DNA of 32,000 nucleotides from Anaerosoma tenue (GTDB taxonomy: Bacteria; Actinomycetota; Coriobacteriia; Anaerosomatales; Anaerosomataceae): NCBI RefSeq assembly GCF_023161965.1, contig NZ_JALNTY010000002.1, positions 46,018-78,017 of the forward strand. Reading direction: 5' to 3'. Under the pieces are notes generated by a model that made no database searches, was not told the DNA's origin, and was given only the letters and a program-made list of their open reading frames with translations. Of the stretch, positions 9,367-19,275 are shown in pieces (the stretch's first letter is position 1; each line of letters begins with the position of its first letter). The translations under genes were made by a program, and so were the position numbers.

Positions 9367-11271
9367 CTACGCACTCACCCCGCTTCCGGCCACCAACTGC
9401 GTCTCGATATCCGAGACGATCTCTTCGAATATGCCGAGGTCGTCCAGGGTCGCGTACTTGGCCCGGGCGATCTTCTCCCGCACCGGAGCGGCAAGGATGT
9501 CCTTGAGCGGCGCTCCCCCACGCTGGGCCGCCACCGCCGCCTCATGGAATCGCAGGATCACCCCGAGCAACAGGTCCTGCTCGGTGAGCGAGCTGAACTG
9601 GTCGTCGTCACGGAATGCGTTCTGCTGCAGGAAGTCCTCCCGGATGCTCTTGGCGGTCTCCATCAGGATCTGCTCCTCGGCCGACAGCGCCTCGAGACCC
9701 ACGAGCCGTACGATCTCGGCCAGGTCCGACTCCCGCTGAAGGATGGCCATACAGCGGTCGCGGCGGTCCCTGAACTCGTGCGAGACCTCCTTCTCCCAGT
9801 ACGGGCGGATGCTGTCGAGGTAGAGCGAGTAGCTGGTGAGCCAGTCGATCGCCGGGAAGTGCCGCTGGAACGCCAGCTGATCCTGCAGCGCCCAGTAGAC
9901 CTTCACCACACGAAGCGTGTTCTGCACGACCGGTTCCGACAAGTCCCCACCCGGAGGAGAGACGGACCCGACCACCGATACGGAGCCCGTGCGGGGAGCG
10001 GCAGGGCGGAGTGGCCCCTCCTTGCTGTCCTCGCGCACAGACCGCGCTGCGGAGGCTGCGTCGGGACCCTCCGCACCTGCCGCTCCCACGGTCGCCGCGG
10101 TGGAATCCGAGGACAGCGACGAGGGCCCCGACGGACGCGATCCGCCGAGGCACTGCACGGCCCCCGCACGCTCGTAGAACGCGGCGAGCTTCGTACCGAG
10201 GTACGCGGGGAAGCCCTCGTCTCCGGGCATCTCCTCGAGCCGTCCGGAGATCTCGCGCATCGCCTCGGCCCACCTGCTCGTCGAGTCGGCCTGCAGAACC
10301 ACCTCGTACCCCATGTCGCGGAAGTACTCGGCCATCGTGATGCCCGTGTACACGCTCGCCTCGCGAGCCGCCACCGGCATGTTCGAGGTGTTCGCCACCA
10401 GGACCGTGCGCTTCATCAGCGACTCGCCGGAATACGGGTCGGTGAGCTCCGGGAACTCCATGAGCACGTCGGTCATCTCGTTGCCGCGCTCGCCGCAGCC
10501 GATGAAGATGACCACCTGGGCGTTGCTCCACTTGGCCACCTGGTGCTGCGTGACCGTCTTGCCGGCGCCGAACGGACCGGGGATGCAGGCGACGCCACCC
10601 TTGATGAGCGGGAAGAACGTGTCGATCACACGCGTCCCCGTCACCAGCGGCTCACCCGACGTGATCTTCTTCCGATACGGACGCGGAACGCGGATCGGCC
10701 ACGTCTGCATCATCGTGATCTCATGCTCGGTGCCGTCGGTAGACCTGAGGCGCGCGACCGTCTGCTCCACCGTGAACTGCCCCGCGTGGATCTCGACTAT
10801 CTCGCCGGTCAGTGCCGGCGGCACCATGATGCGATGCTCGACGACCACGTTCTCCTGCACCGTGCCGATGATGTCGCCGCCGGAGACCACGGCGCCCGCC
10901 GTGGCGACCGGCACGAACTCCCAGCGCTTCTCACGGTCGAGCCCGGGGGCCGAGACGCCTCTGCCGAGGAACGCGCCTGACTTCGCGCGCAGCGCGTCGA
11001 GCGGCCGCTGGACGCCGTCGTACACGGCCTCGAGCATGCCGGGGCCGAGCTCCACCGACAACGGCGCGCCGGTCGAGACGACGGGCATGCCAGGGCCCAG
11101 GCCCTCGGTCTCCTCGTAAACCTGGATCGAAGCGCGGTCGCCCCGCATCTCGATGATCTCGCCCATGAGTCCTTGCTCACCCACGCGCACCAGGTCGTAC
11201 ATCCTGGCCGTTCCAAGACCCGTGGCCACCACCAGCGGTCCGGCTACTTTGCGAATCGTGCCCTGATCCAT
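9367..11271 (-). CDS. atpA (ntpA): V/A-type ATP synthase subunit A (catalytic), with an unusual ~50 aa insertion
   Basis: Walker [14 protein letters not shown], conserved [16 protein letters not shown] and [24 protein letters not shown] low-complexity insertion follows AGAVQCLGG. Confidence 0.96.
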   Translation of the reverse strand: MDQGTIRKVAGPLVVATGLGTARMYDLVRVGEQGLMGEIIEMRGDRASIQVYEETEGLGPGMPVVSTGAPLSVELGPGMLEAVYDGVQRPLDALRAKSGAFLGRGVSAPGLDREKRWEFVPVATAGAVVSGGDIIGTVQENVVVEHRIMVPPALTGEIVEIHAGQFTVEQTVARLRSTDGTEHEITMMQTWPIRVPRPYRKKITSGEPLVTGTRVIDTFFPLIKGGVACIPGPFGAGKTVTQHQVAKWSNAQVVIFIGCGERGNEMTDVLMEFPELTDPYSGESLMKRTVLVANTSNMPVAAREASVYTGITMAEYFRDMGYEVVLQADSTSRWAEAMREISGRLEEMPGDEGFPAYLGTKLAAFYERAGAVQCLGGSRPSGPSSLSSDSTAATVGAAGAEGPDAASAARSVREDSKEGPLRPAAPRTGSVSVVGSVSPPGGDLSEPVVQNTLRVVKVYWALQDQLAFQRHFPAIDWLTSYSLYLDSIRPYWEKEVSHEFRDRRDRCMAILQRESDLAEIVRLVGLEALSAEEQILMETAKSIREDFLQQNAFRDDDQFSSLTEQDLLLGVILRFHEAAVAAQRGGAPLKDILAAPVREKIARAKYATLDDLGIFEEIVSDIETQLVAGSGVSA

Positions 11272-11607
11272 CTAGCCTTCCTCTTCTCCTGACGACATCG
11301 AGGTGCCCAACGCACGCTCGATGGCCCGGTTCAACTTCCTGGCTCCCACGCCGCCCGACGTGCCGGCAGCCGGGATGACCGTCACCGCGGGGACCGGCTT
11401 GTCGGCGGAGTCGGCAACGAGGTCGTCGATCGCCTCGTACACGGGCTCTGTCACGAAGACCGATCCGTACCTTCCGCTCACGAGCTCCGGCCACCGCTCC
11501 CTCGCGTCCTCCGGCCGCTCCACCACCTCGACGGCGAACCCCAGCGGCCGAAAGCCGGCCACACTGGTCGCGTCGCCCACCACCGCGATCATCAGCCGCT
11601 CGCTCAT
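11272..11607 (-). CDS. atpF (ntpF/G): V/A-type ATP synthase subunit F
   Basis: IAVVGDATSVAGFRPLGFAVEVVE...GSVFVTEPVYEAIDDLV, plus operon position between C and A. Confidence 0.88.
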   Translation of the reverse strand: MSERLMIAVVGDATSVAGFRPLGFAVEVVERPEDARERWPELVSGRYGSVFVTEPVYEAIDDLVADSADKPVPAVTVIPAAGTSGGVGARKLNRAIERALGTSMSSGEEEG

Positions 11608-12593
11608 AGCACGCCCCGCAGCCGCTCGCGCACCACGTCGCGCTCCAGACCCGACAGCCTCCCGACCACTACGATCCGCAGCGCCACTACCTCGGCCTCC
11701 CGCGCCAGAACGTACGCGAGCACGGGCTCCGGTCCGCTCGGCACCATACGCGCCGAGGCCATCCTGGCGGCATCGAGCGACGCCGCCGCGAGGTCGTAAC
11801 GCTCGAGATCGAGCAGGTCCGCAACGTCGAGCCCCGGCACCGCGCGAGTCCCTGCCACGGCCTCCGCAAGCTCCTCGGCATCCATACGCGAGACCTCGGA
11901 CGCCAGGCCTTCGATGCTGCGCGAACCGCCACCGATCATCGCCTTGGCAACCTCGGGTCCCGGCAGACGTTTGGCGTTGGCCCGCAGGAGCACCCTGGTG
12001 TTCGCCAGGTCGATCCGAAGCGTCATCAGATCGCGCAGGAACGCCACCCGCGACCGGCGGGCCTCGGCCGCGAGCGCTTCGTAGAGCGCGTGGTCCACGG
12101 CCGTCTCCACCTCAGACAACGCCGGCGGCTGCTCGGCATCGTCCCACGCGGTCAGCAGCGCGCACATCGCGCCGGGAAGCTGCTCTCCGGTGCCGAGGAA
12201 CGCCGCGGGCTCGATCGTGCCGAGCGCGCTCAGCCTGGGCGCCGGCAGTCCGAGCACGCGGGTCTTGAGCGCCGTGCGCAGGTTGCGGTAGTCGTACGGC
12301 AACCTGAAGAACCGCACGACCGCCTCGGGCAGACCCGCCTCCAACAGGAACTCGTCGTACAGGTCGCCGAGTGACGCGTCGAGCGCTCGCTCGACGTCCG
12401 TGGCGGTGGACGCCTGCTCGAGATACCGCCCGAACGCGGTCTCAGAGAGGATGCGGCGCTGCTCGGCGAAGTCGGGCGCGTCGATCAGCCGCTCGAAGAC
12501 CGACCGCGTCAGCAGCTTGGCCTGCAGGACGCGAACGCGCCCTACGGCGAAGCCGTACCGGATGTCATCGCGTATCGAGGCGAGTTGCGCCAC
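11604..12593 (-). CDS. atpC (ntpC): V/A-type ATP synthase subunit C
   Basis: Likely GTG start at 12593 (VAQLASIRDDIRYGFAVGRVRVLQAKLLT). C-terminal EAEVVALRIVVVGRLSGLERDVVRERL is typical. Stop overlaps the F start. The listed ORF start at 12716 lies inside subunit E. Confidence 0.88.
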   Translation of the reverse strand: MAQLASIRDDIRYGFAVGRVRVLQAKLLTRSVFERLIDAPDFAEQRRILSETAFGRYLEQASTATDVERALDASLGDLYDEFLLEAGLPEAVVRFFRLPYDYRNLRTALKTRVLGLPAPRLSALGTIEPAAFLGTGEQLPGAMCALLTAWDDAEQPPALSEVETAVDHALYEALAAEARRSRVAFLRDLMTLRIDLANTRVLLRANAKRLPGPEVAKAMIGGGSRSIEGLASEVSRMDAEELAEAVAGTRAVPGLDVADLLDLERYDLAAASLDAARMASARMVPSGPEPVLAYVLAREAEVVALRIVVVGRLSGLERDVVRERLRGVL

Positions 12594-12594
12594 G

Positions 12595-13179
12595 TTACCG
12601 GTCCTCCCCGGCGAACAGGGTGCGCACGGCCACGTGCAGCAGGTCGGCACGGTGCTCGGCGATGTACGACGCGGCGGAAACGTCCACCCGTACGCCGTCG
12701 CCCTCAACGCACACACCCCGCTCGATGTCTGGCGACGTGCCTTCCACTGTCACATCGATGCCAGCGTCCCGCAGCAGCGCGCCGAGCGTCCGGAGGCGCT
12801 GCTCGTCGGCGGCGCTCACGCGGATCCGCTGCCCGGGTACGGCGACCTCGGCCACCTCACGCGCGATGAGCGCGACGTACTCGTCGTCAGGGAGGTCCTC
12901 GAGTCTGTGTCCAGCCTCGGCGAGAGCCCTCTCGGCCAGGTCCTTCTTGGCGGCCAGAAGCGAGTCGCGGGCCGCAAGCCGCGCATTGGCGAGGAGGGTG
13001 TCGGCCTCTACCTTCGCCTGCGTCAGCGTGCGCTCCACGATCCTCTCGGCCTCGCGTTCCGCGTCGAGACGCGCTCGCTCTCGCACCGCGTCGGCACGCT
13101 CCCGCGCAGCCGAGATGATCGCGTCCGCCTCGGCGCGCGCATCGTCCTCTATGCGGGTGATGATGTCAGCGATCGCCAC
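12595..13179 (-). CDS. atpE (ntpE): V/A-type ATP synthase subunit E
   Basis: Coiled-coil N-terminus with the typical EARADAIISAARERAD pattern and a C-terminal globular region. Position between K and C. Confidence 0.85.
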   Translation of the reverse strand: MAIADIITRIEDDARAEADAIISAARERADAVRERARLDAEREAERIVERTLTQAKVEADTLLANARLAARDSLLAAKKDLAERALAEAGHRLEDLPDDEYVALIAREVAEVAVPGQRIRVSAADEQRLRTLGALLRDAGIDVTVEGTSPDIERGVCVEGDGVRVDVSAASYIAEHRADLLHVAVRTLFAGEDR

Positions 13180-13194
13180 CTGGGATCAGCCTCA

Positions 13195-13695
13195 CTATCC
13201 GCCGAAGGTCGCCTGCAGCGCGGTCATCATCAGCACTGTCACGATGAGAGCGAAGACCGCGTAGGTCTCGACCAGCGCCGGGAAGATCAGCGCCTTGCCC
13301 GAGTCCTCGCTCCTGCGCGCCACGATGCCAGCAGCCGCGGCGCCCGTCTTACCCTGATAGATGCCGGTGAACATGCCAAGGAACGCCACCGGCAGGCACG
13401 CCAGGAACACCGCGAAGCCCTGCGGCCCGGTCAGCGTCGACTCACCGCCGAGGATGTTGAAGAAGATCAGCACGAGCACCGCCGCGATGAACCCGTAGAT
13501 GCCCTGCGTGCTCGGCATCGCCGCGAGCGGCAAGAGCTTGCCGAACTTCTCGCCGTCCTCGGTCACGATGCCTGATACGGTGGCAGACGCGATGGTGATG
13601 CCGATCGCGGAGCCCACACCCCCGAGCACCGCCGCAACACCACCACCGAACAGCGCCCAGTTGATGCCCGAGATGCCCCAGAAGAGGTCGCTCAC
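13195..13695 (-). CDS. atpK (ntpK): V/A-type ATP synthase subunit K (proteolipid, two c-like hairpins)
   Basis: Start GTG 13695 overlaps the subunit I stop (GTGA). Two hairpins with MPSTQGIYGF and FPALVETYAVFALIV. Confidence 0.92.
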   Translation of the reverse strand: MSDLFWGISGINWALFGGGVAAVLGGVGSAIGITIASATVSGIVTEDGEKFGKLLPLAAMPSTQGIYGFIAAVLVLIFFNILGGESTLTGPQGFAVFLACLPVAFLGMFTGIYQGKTGAAAAGIVARRSEDSGKALIFPALVETYAVFALIVTVLMMTALQATFGG

Positions 13696-15851
13696 GTTCC
13701 CGCTCCTTCCTGCCGCGCGCTGTCGGCATGCAATACCAGTGTCTTCGATCTGAAGGCGAACGGCGCATAGGCGCGGCCCCCGCCCTCGTAGAACTTGCCA
13801 AAGAACTCGACGAACTGCAGACGCGCAGGATGCACGAACGCGCTCAGCAGGTTGATCACCACGTTGAACACATGGCCCACCACGAAGATCAGCGCGGCGA
13901 AGACCATGATGACCACGCCGCCGACGATGGCCCCGCCGCCCTTGTCGAACATGCTGCCGGCACCGGCGCCCACGAGCCTGGCGAGCAGGTTGAACACCAT
14001 TCCCACGAGCGTTGCCGAAAGCGCGAGCGCAGCGAGCCGCGTGTAGCTCAGGATATCGCCGATCAGCGATGAGAGGCCGTACACGGCGTAGGCTCCGCCG
14101 AGCATGGCCGCCACCACCCGCCGGGTCGCCTTGGACACGACCATTCCTGCGACCGTGATCGCAAGCAGCATCCAGCCGAGGGGGGCGCTCCAACCCAACG
14201 CCAGCGAGAGCAGCCAGCCCACGAACACCGCAAGCCACGCGGCGCCCAGCCCCTTGTCCCACGCGGGCGCTTCCACCTCACGCAGCGCGACGTCGATCGC
14301 ACGGCTCTTGCCGAGCGCGGTGAGGCCCAGCCCCAGTACGATGGCCACCGTGGAGAGCGACGGCACGAGGACCGCCACCGCGATCGCGGCGAACAGCACC
14401 ACCGTTGACGCCTGATCGAAGACGGCCGACGCCCAGTCGCCTTTGCGCGCGAGATTCCAGGCCGAGATCAGCACGCCGAAGAGCACCTGCAGCACGCCGA
14501 GCGCGATGGAGAACACCAGGAAGGTGGGCAGCTCCTCCATCGGGTTGATGAGCCGGAGACTCTCGAGAAGCGGCGGCAGCTCGAGGTCCCATGCGAAGTA
14601 CGAGCCGAGCGCCACCCCGGCGAACATCGCACCCACCCCGCCCACGATGAAGAGGTCCATGAGCTTCTTAACGCCCGGAGCCACATCGAGCTTCTTCTTG
14701 ATGAGCCACGACGCCACGATCAGCATCAGCCCATAACCCACATCACCGATGCAGATACCGAAGAAGACCCAAAAGAACGGCGCCAGCAGCGGTGTGGGAT
14801 CCAGCTCGTCGTACCGCGGCCGGCCGTAGAGGTCGGTCAGCACCTCGAATGGACGCAAGAATCTCGGGTTCTCGAGCTCCACCGGCGGCGTGTCACCTGG
14901 GCCGGGGTCCTCGTAGCTCACGTCAAGCGTGTCAGCGAGCGGCTCAAGCGCCTCGTCCAGGACGCCCCGGCGCTTGGCGCTCACCCACCCGGTGATGACG
15001 AAGGCCCGCTCCGTCGTCCCGAAGTGTTCGCGGACGGTCACCGCTTCAAGGTCCGCGTCGATGGCCTCCACGAGCGCCACGGCATCGTCGTGGTACTGCT
15101 CGGAGAGGGTCTGCGCCTGCCCGTCGAGAACCGCGAGCCGCTCGTCTATCTCGGCTATGCGCTCGAGCGCGACCGCCCGTTCCTCTGCGGGGTAGTCGTG
15201 GAGCCCGGGGAACTTCACGTCGGCGAAGTCGGTGCCCGCAAGCACCGCGCGCACCTCGTCCACCACAGTACGATGCGCCATCACGACCCATGCCGTCTTC
15301 CCGCCCACCGAGGCGAGTTCCTCCACCGAGACGTGCGGCGTGATCTCGCGGAGCATCTCCCTGGTCGCACAGCCCTCAGGCGAGGGGATCACACCCGTGA
15401 ACAACGCCACATGCTCGGTGCCCACCCATCGGCCGATCTCGAGCCGGAGCGGCTCCCATGCAAGCAACTCGTGCGCAAGGGCCTGGAGGCGGCCCCGCTC
15501 GCGGCGCAGTTCCGCCATCGAGTCGGCGACCCCCTGGCACTGCTCGTAGACGTGCAGGAGCGTCGTGTCCACCTCAAGAGCGGCGAACTCATCCTCCGAG
15601 AGATGCAGCTTCTCGGATATGAACGAAGAGAACGGCTGGTCGCTCGTGTGATAGCGCCGCAGGAAGTCGCGGATGAAGACGGCGTCGGCGCGATACTCCT
15701 CGAGACGCCTCACCTCAGCGGGATCGGGCGAGGCGTACGCCGGCGCCGTACCCTCGGCCACCGTCTCGATATCGAGCGCTCCGGCGCGCCGCATGCGCTC
15801 GACAGCCTCGTCGAGCGCCGACGTGTGGCCGAGCACGGTGACGCGCAACAT
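13692..15851 (-). CDS. atpI (ntpI): V/A-type ATP synthase subunit I
   Basis: ATG 15851 (MLRVTVLGHTSALDEAVERM). Long cytoplasmic region followed by many TM segments including FWVFFGICIGDVGYGLMLI and LSYTRLAALALSATLVGMVFNLL. The listed start at 15980 lies upstream. Confidence 0.92.
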   Translation of the reverse strand: MLRVTVLGHTSALDEAVERMRRAGALDIETVAEGTAPAYASPDPAEVRRLEEYRADAVFIRDFLRRYHTSDQPFSSFISEKLHLSEDEFAALEVDTTLLHVYEQCQGVADSMAELRRERGRLQALAHELLAWEPLRLEIGRWVGTEHVALFTGVIPSPEGCATREMLREITPHVSVEELASVGGKTAWVVMAHRTVVDEVRAVLAGTDFADVKFPGLHDYPAEERAVALERIAEIDERLAVLDGQAQTLSEQYHDDAVALVEAIDADLEAVTVREHFGTTERAFVITGWVSAKRRGVLDEALEPLADTLDVSYEDPGPGDTPPVELENPRFLRPFEVLTDLYGRPRYDELDPTPLLAPFFWVFFGICIGDVGYGLMLIVASWLIKKKLDVAPGVKKLMDLFIVGGVGAMFAGVALGSYFAWDLELPPLLESLRLINPMEELPTFLVFSIALGVLQVLFGVLISAWNLARKGDWASAVFDQASTVVLFAAIAVAVLVPSLSTVAIVLGLGLTALGKSRAIDVALREVEAPAWDKGLGAAWLAVFVGWLLSLALGWSAPLGWMLLAITVAGMVVSKATRRVVAAMLGGAYAVYGLSSLIGDILSYTRLAALALSATLVGMVFNLLARLVGAGAGSMFDKGGGAIVGGVVIMVFAALIFVVGHVFNVVINLLSAFVHPARLQFVEFFGKFYEGGGRAYAPFAFRSKTLVLHADSARQEGAGT

Positions 15852-15870
15852 ACGTGCGACAGCCACGATA

Positions 15871-16176
15871 TCAGCCCGCCAGCTCGTCCAGGACGGCCGC
15901 CACCGCGACCGGAAGGCGACCCTCGGCCGCTCGGACGTACTCATCACGGGCCGCCGCAGCCTCCGCCTCATACCGCTCACGCTCGGCGTGCGCGTCCGTC
16001 AGGATGGCCGCAGCCTTCGCTTCCGCGTCCTGGCGGGCCGCCGCGATCGTCGACCGCCTGACGTGGTCGGCATCCGATGCGGCCGCGCGCTCAAGCGAGT
16101 TCGCGTGCTCGCGCGCTTCGGCGACGATGTCCCGGGCACGTTCCTCGACGCTCAGGATGCGTTCGAGCTTTTCCAT
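15871..16176 (-). CDS. V/A-type ATPase peripheral-stalk subunit (G/H-like)
   Basis: 101 aa highly charged coiled coil (EERARDIVAEAREHANSLERAAASDADHVRRST...) as first gene of the ATPase operon. Confidence 0.7.
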   Translation of the reverse strand: MEKLERILSVEERARDIVAEAREHANSLERAAASDADHVRRSTIAAARQDAEAKAAAILTDAHAERERYEAEAAAARDEYVRAAEGRLPVAVAAVLDELAG

Positions 16177-16256
16177 GGGAACCCCATCACCGCTTTCACG
16201 ATCGCGTCATCGCCGTCACACGGTCCGAAACGCGATGACAGCGTATGGATCGCTAC

Positions 16257-16262
16257 AGTATA
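16257..16262 (-). promoter_or_regulatory. Possible -10 element (TATACT on minus strand) for the ATPase operon
   Basis: Minus strand reads ...CTTGAGGGGTGTTTCGCGTACTATACTGTAG... upstream of 16176. The -35 is not clear. Confidence 0.3.
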
Positions 16263-16326
16263 GTACGCGAAACACCCCTCAAGACCCTGCCGTTCGCCCC
16301 CATATTCGAACCGGATACGTCTGCAT

Positions 16327-17190
16327 ATGCCCTTTAGTGACAACCGCGACCCATACCGCCCGCCGGCGCGCTCGCGTCACACCCGCCGCACACGGCGGGG
16401 CCGGAGCGGCCGCAGGGTGCGCCCCCGCCGGTCGCCATATCCCGCCCTTACCGCGGTGGTTCTCATCGTCGGCCTCGCACTCATCCTCACGGCGACGCTC
16501 TGGAGGGGCGGCTCCGACGAGCCGGGCCCGATGACCGCGGCCGTTGCGTCAGTGGCGGCCGAGCCCGACCGCGACCCTACCCCTCGATTCGCCCGTGTCG
16601 GCGCCACGGAGATGCGCCTCCCCGTGGACCCCTCCGCCATGACAGCCCTGGCGTTCCACCAGGCATCCGGCGACTCGGCGCTTCCGATCACCTCGCTCGT
16701 CCCGGATGCCGACATGGAGCTGGCCGCCGAGCTCCAGGCGGTCCCGCCTGTGGAGGAGGCTGCGGACGTGCCGGACGACGTGCTGGGCGGCGTGTGTCTG
16801 CGGCTCTGGCGCTCGAACCGCACAGGCATGCCGGACACGGCGGCCGACATCGGAGCCGATGCCGGGACCGATGTGTACTCTCCTGTGACCGGCACCGTTG
16901 TAGAGGTGCGGCCCTACCTGCTCTACGACGCCTACGACGACTTCGAGATACACATCCGGCCGGACGGTCGTGATGACGTGGACGTCGTGCTCATCCATGT
17001 GGACGACGTGACCGTGCGCGCCGGTGACGCCGTGGTGGCCGGTGTCACGCGAATCGCGGCGGTCCGGTCGATGTCGGACAAGATCGAGATCCAGCTTGGC
17101 GGCTACACCGACAACGGCGGCGACCACGTGCATATACAGGTGAACGAGATCGGCGCCGCAGGCGAACTCGACGCGGCAGGTGAATCGTAG
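16327..17190 (+). CDS. Membrane-anchored M23/LytM-like domain protein, possibly catalytically inactive
   Basis: Arg-rich N-terminus plus one TM (ALTAVVLIVGLALILTATLW). C-terminal region ADAGTDVYSPVTGTVVEV...HVHIQVNE is M23-like but the upstream HxxxD position reads DTAAD. Confidence 0.65.
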   Translation: MPFSDNRDPYRPPARSRHTRRTRRGRSGRRVRPRRSPYPALTAVVLIVGLALILTATLWRGGSDEPGPMTAAVASVAAEPDRDPTPRFARVGATEMRLPVDPSAMTALAFHQASGDSALPITSLVPDADMELAAELQAVPPVEEAADVPDDVLGGVCLRLWRSNRTGMPDTAADIGADAGTDVYSPVTGTVVEVRPYLLYDAYDDFEIHIRPDGRDDVDVVLIHVDDVTVRAGDAVVAGVTRIAAVRSMSDKIEIQLGGYTDNGGDHVHIQVNEIGAAGELDAAGES

Positions 17191-17193
17191 CCG

Positions 17194-17418
17194 CTACTCT
17201 TCGCCCGAGCCTTCGTCCGCCCTGGCGATGAACCCTCGGAACCGCCGGTCGAAATCGTAGCGCTCCAGGCGCACCTTCCGGTCGCACCCCACGCAGCGAA
17301 GGCCGATGTCCATGCCGAGCTTCGTGATCTCCCACTCGTTGGCCCCGCACGGATGCGGCTTCTTGAGGCGCACCACGTCGCCGATGCGTATGGGCGTGAT
17401 AGGAACAGCCATGCTCAC
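17194..17418 (-). CDS. DUF951 domain-containing protein
   Basis: IRIGDVVRLKKPHPCGANEWEITKLGMDIGLRCVGCDRKVRLERYDFDRRFRGFI matches the DUF951 pattern. Confidence 0.88.
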   Translation of the reverse strand: MSMAVPITPIRIGDVVRLKKPHPCGANEWEITKLGMDIGLRCVGCDRKVRLERYDFDRRFRGFIARADEGSGEE

Positions 17419-17516
17419 TCCGTGCTCGGTCGCGTCAGCAGGGCAGGGCGGGTAGAGTATACCGCGTGATACCCGTGGATCCGCCCGGCGTCGCGCCGGG
17501 TGGCTGGAGGAGCCCC

Positions 17517-17792
17517 ATGAAGACCAGAGCCGTGCTCTCCGTTCTCGGCGCCGACCGCGTCGGCATCGTCGCCACCATCGCCACCGCTCTCGCGGAACTC
17601 TCAGTCAACATCGAGGATATCCGCCAGACGATCCTCTCGGACGTGTTCTCGATGACGATGCTCGTCACCATCGACGAGGACATACACCCCTTCGAAGACA
17701 TCCAGGCGCGCCTTGCCGAGGTCGCCGAGGCAATCGGCATGCAGGTGACCCTCCAGCGCGAGGACGTCTTCCGCTTCATGCACCGCGTGTAG
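17517..17792 (+). CDS. ACT domain-containing protein (UPF0237 type)
   Basis: ATG at 17517 after [51 protein letters not shown]. Followed by the usual UPF0210 partner. Confidence 0.88.
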   Translation: MKTRAVLSVLGADRVGIVATIATALAELSVNIEDIRQTILSDVFSMTMLVTIDEDIHPFEDIQARLAEVAEAIGMQVTLQREDVFRFMHRV

Positions 17793-17838
17793 GCAGCCCA
17801 CACGTCCTGTCGATCGTCCGCCGCTCCTGGAGGTCCCC

Positions 17839-19206
17839 ATGCTCCACATCAGTCCCGAGGAGATCGCCGAGACCCTGCTCATGGTGCACCAGCAGCACCT
17901 CGACATCCGTACGGTCACGCTGGGAGTGTCGATCGACGACTGCGCCGCCGACTCAACGCAGGAGATCTCGGCGCGGCTCTACGAGAAGGTCACCCGGGCC
18001 GCTGAGCGTCTCGTGCCGGTGGCCGAGCAGATCGAGCGCGAATACGGGATACCGATCCGCAACAAGCGCATCTCGGTGAGCCCGGTCGCGGGCATAGCGG
18101 GCCGCTGCGCCGGCGAGGACCTCACGCCGATCGCCGAGGCGATGGACCGCGCCGCCGAGACCGCCGGCGTCGACTTCATCGGCGGCTTCTCGGCGCTCGT
18201 CCACAAGGGCGTCGGCGCGGCGGATGACGCGCTGATCCGGTCGATCCCCTCCGCCCTGGCGGCCACGCAACGCGTCTGCTCATCAGTGAACGTGGCCTCC
18301 ACGCGCGCGGGAATCAACATGGACGCCATCGCCCGCATGGCGCGCACCGTCAAGGAGACTGCGGCGCTCACGGCCGCCGATGACAGCATCGGCTGCGCCA
18401 AGCTCGTGGTGTTCGCCAACATGGTGGAGGACAACCCCTTCATGGCCGGCGCCATGCACGGGCCCGGAGAGGCAGACGCCGTGGTGAACGTAGGGATCTC
18501 GGGGCCGGGCGTGGTACGCGCGATCATCGCGGCGCTCCCCGATGAGGCCGACCTCACCGCTGTGGCCGAGGCCATCAAGGCCACCTCCTTCAAGATCACG
18601 CGGGCGGGCGAGCTGGTGGCCCGTGAAGCGGCCCGCCGCCTCGGTGTGGCTATGGGTATCGTCGACCTATCGCTCGCCCCCACCCCCGCCGAGGGCGACA
18701 GCGTCGCCGAGATCCTGGAGGCCATGGGCGTGGAGCGCTGCGGCGCACCGGGCACCACGACCGCGCTCGCGCTCCTCAACGACGCGGTCAAGAAGGGTGG
18801 CGCCATGGGCACCTCGTCGATCGGCGGGCTCTCCGGCGCGTTCATCCCCGTGTCCGAGGACGCCGGCATGGTGCGGGCCGTGGAGGACGGCGCGCTCAAC
18901 CTTGAGAAGCTCGAAGCGATGACAGCCGTGTGCTCGGTTGGCCTCGATATGATCGCGATACCCGGCGACACGCCTGCCGAGACGATCGCGGGCATCATGT
19001 CCGATGCCTGCGCCATCGGCGTCATCAACAACAAGACCACGGCAGCGCGGTTGATCCCGGCCGTGGGCAAGGCGGCCGGCGACCACGTGAGCTGGGGCGG
19101 CCTTCTCGGCGCTGCGCCGGTGATGGACGTATCCCGGTGGAGCAGCGCGAAGCTCATCAACCGAGGCGGCAGGATGCCCGCGCCGCTGGGCAGCCTGCGC
19201 AACTGA
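17839..19206 (+). CDS. PFL family protein (UPF0210/DUF711)
   Basis: Full-length similarity by eye: [36 protein letters not shown]..., [39 protein letters not shown]. Confidence 0.9.
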   Translation: MLHISPEEIAETLLMVHQQHLDIRTVTLGVSIDDCAADSTQEISARLYEKVTRAAERLVPVAEQIEREYGIPIRNKRISVSPVAGIAGRCAGEDLTPIAEAMDRAAETAGVDFIGGFSALVHKGVGAADDALIRSIPSALAATQRVCSSVNVASTRAGINMDAIARMARTVKETAALTAADDSIGCAKLVVFANMVEDNPFMAGAMHGPGEADAVVNVGISGPGVVRAIIAALPDEADLTAVAEAIKATSFKITRAGELVAREAARRLGVAMGIVDLSLAPTPAEGDSVAEILEAMGVERCGAPGTTTALALLNDAVKKGGAMGTSSIGGLSGAFIPVSEDAGMVRAVEDGALNLEKLEAMTAVCSVGLDMIAIPGDTPAETIAGIMSDACAIGVINNKTTAARLIPAVGKAAGDHVSWGGLLGAAPVMDVSRWSSAKLINRGGRMPAPLGSLRN

Positions 19207-19225
19207 TGCGGGATGGTTCGCTCGT

Positions 19226-19254
19226 TTGCGAACGAACCTAATCTACGCTAATAT
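19226..19254 (+). promoter_or_regulatory. Candidate sigma70-type promoter for the large surface-protein gene
   Basis: TTGCGA (19226-19231), 17-nt spacer, TAATAT (19249-19254). The downstream ORF starts at 19364. Confidence 0.55.
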
Positions 19255-19261
19255 TCTGAGC

Positions 19262-19275
19262 GTGACATCGGTCAC
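19262..19275. promoter_or_regulatory. Perfect 5-bp-arm palindrome just downstream of the candidate -10 (possible operator)
   Basis: GTGAC-ATCG-GTCAC immediately 3' of TAATAT. Confidence 0.35.

Noticed and set aside
9991-10140. Intein in the V/A-ATPase A subunit
   Set aside because: Inteins are known in this subunit family, but the inserted segment is only ~50 aa, lacks intein splicing motifs and is not at the Walker A site.
8239-10980. 913 aa plus-strand ORF opposite ATPase subunits B and A
   Set aside because: Antisense shadow ORF in high-GC DNA. The minus-strand frames encode highly conserved ATPase subunits, and the plus-strand translation is Arg/His/Asp-rich and featureless.
17979-19202. 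407 aa minus-strand ORF opposite the PFL-family gene
   Set aside because: Antisense to a confidently recognised UPF0210 protein. The Ser/Ala/Arg-rich translation is typical of codon shadowing.
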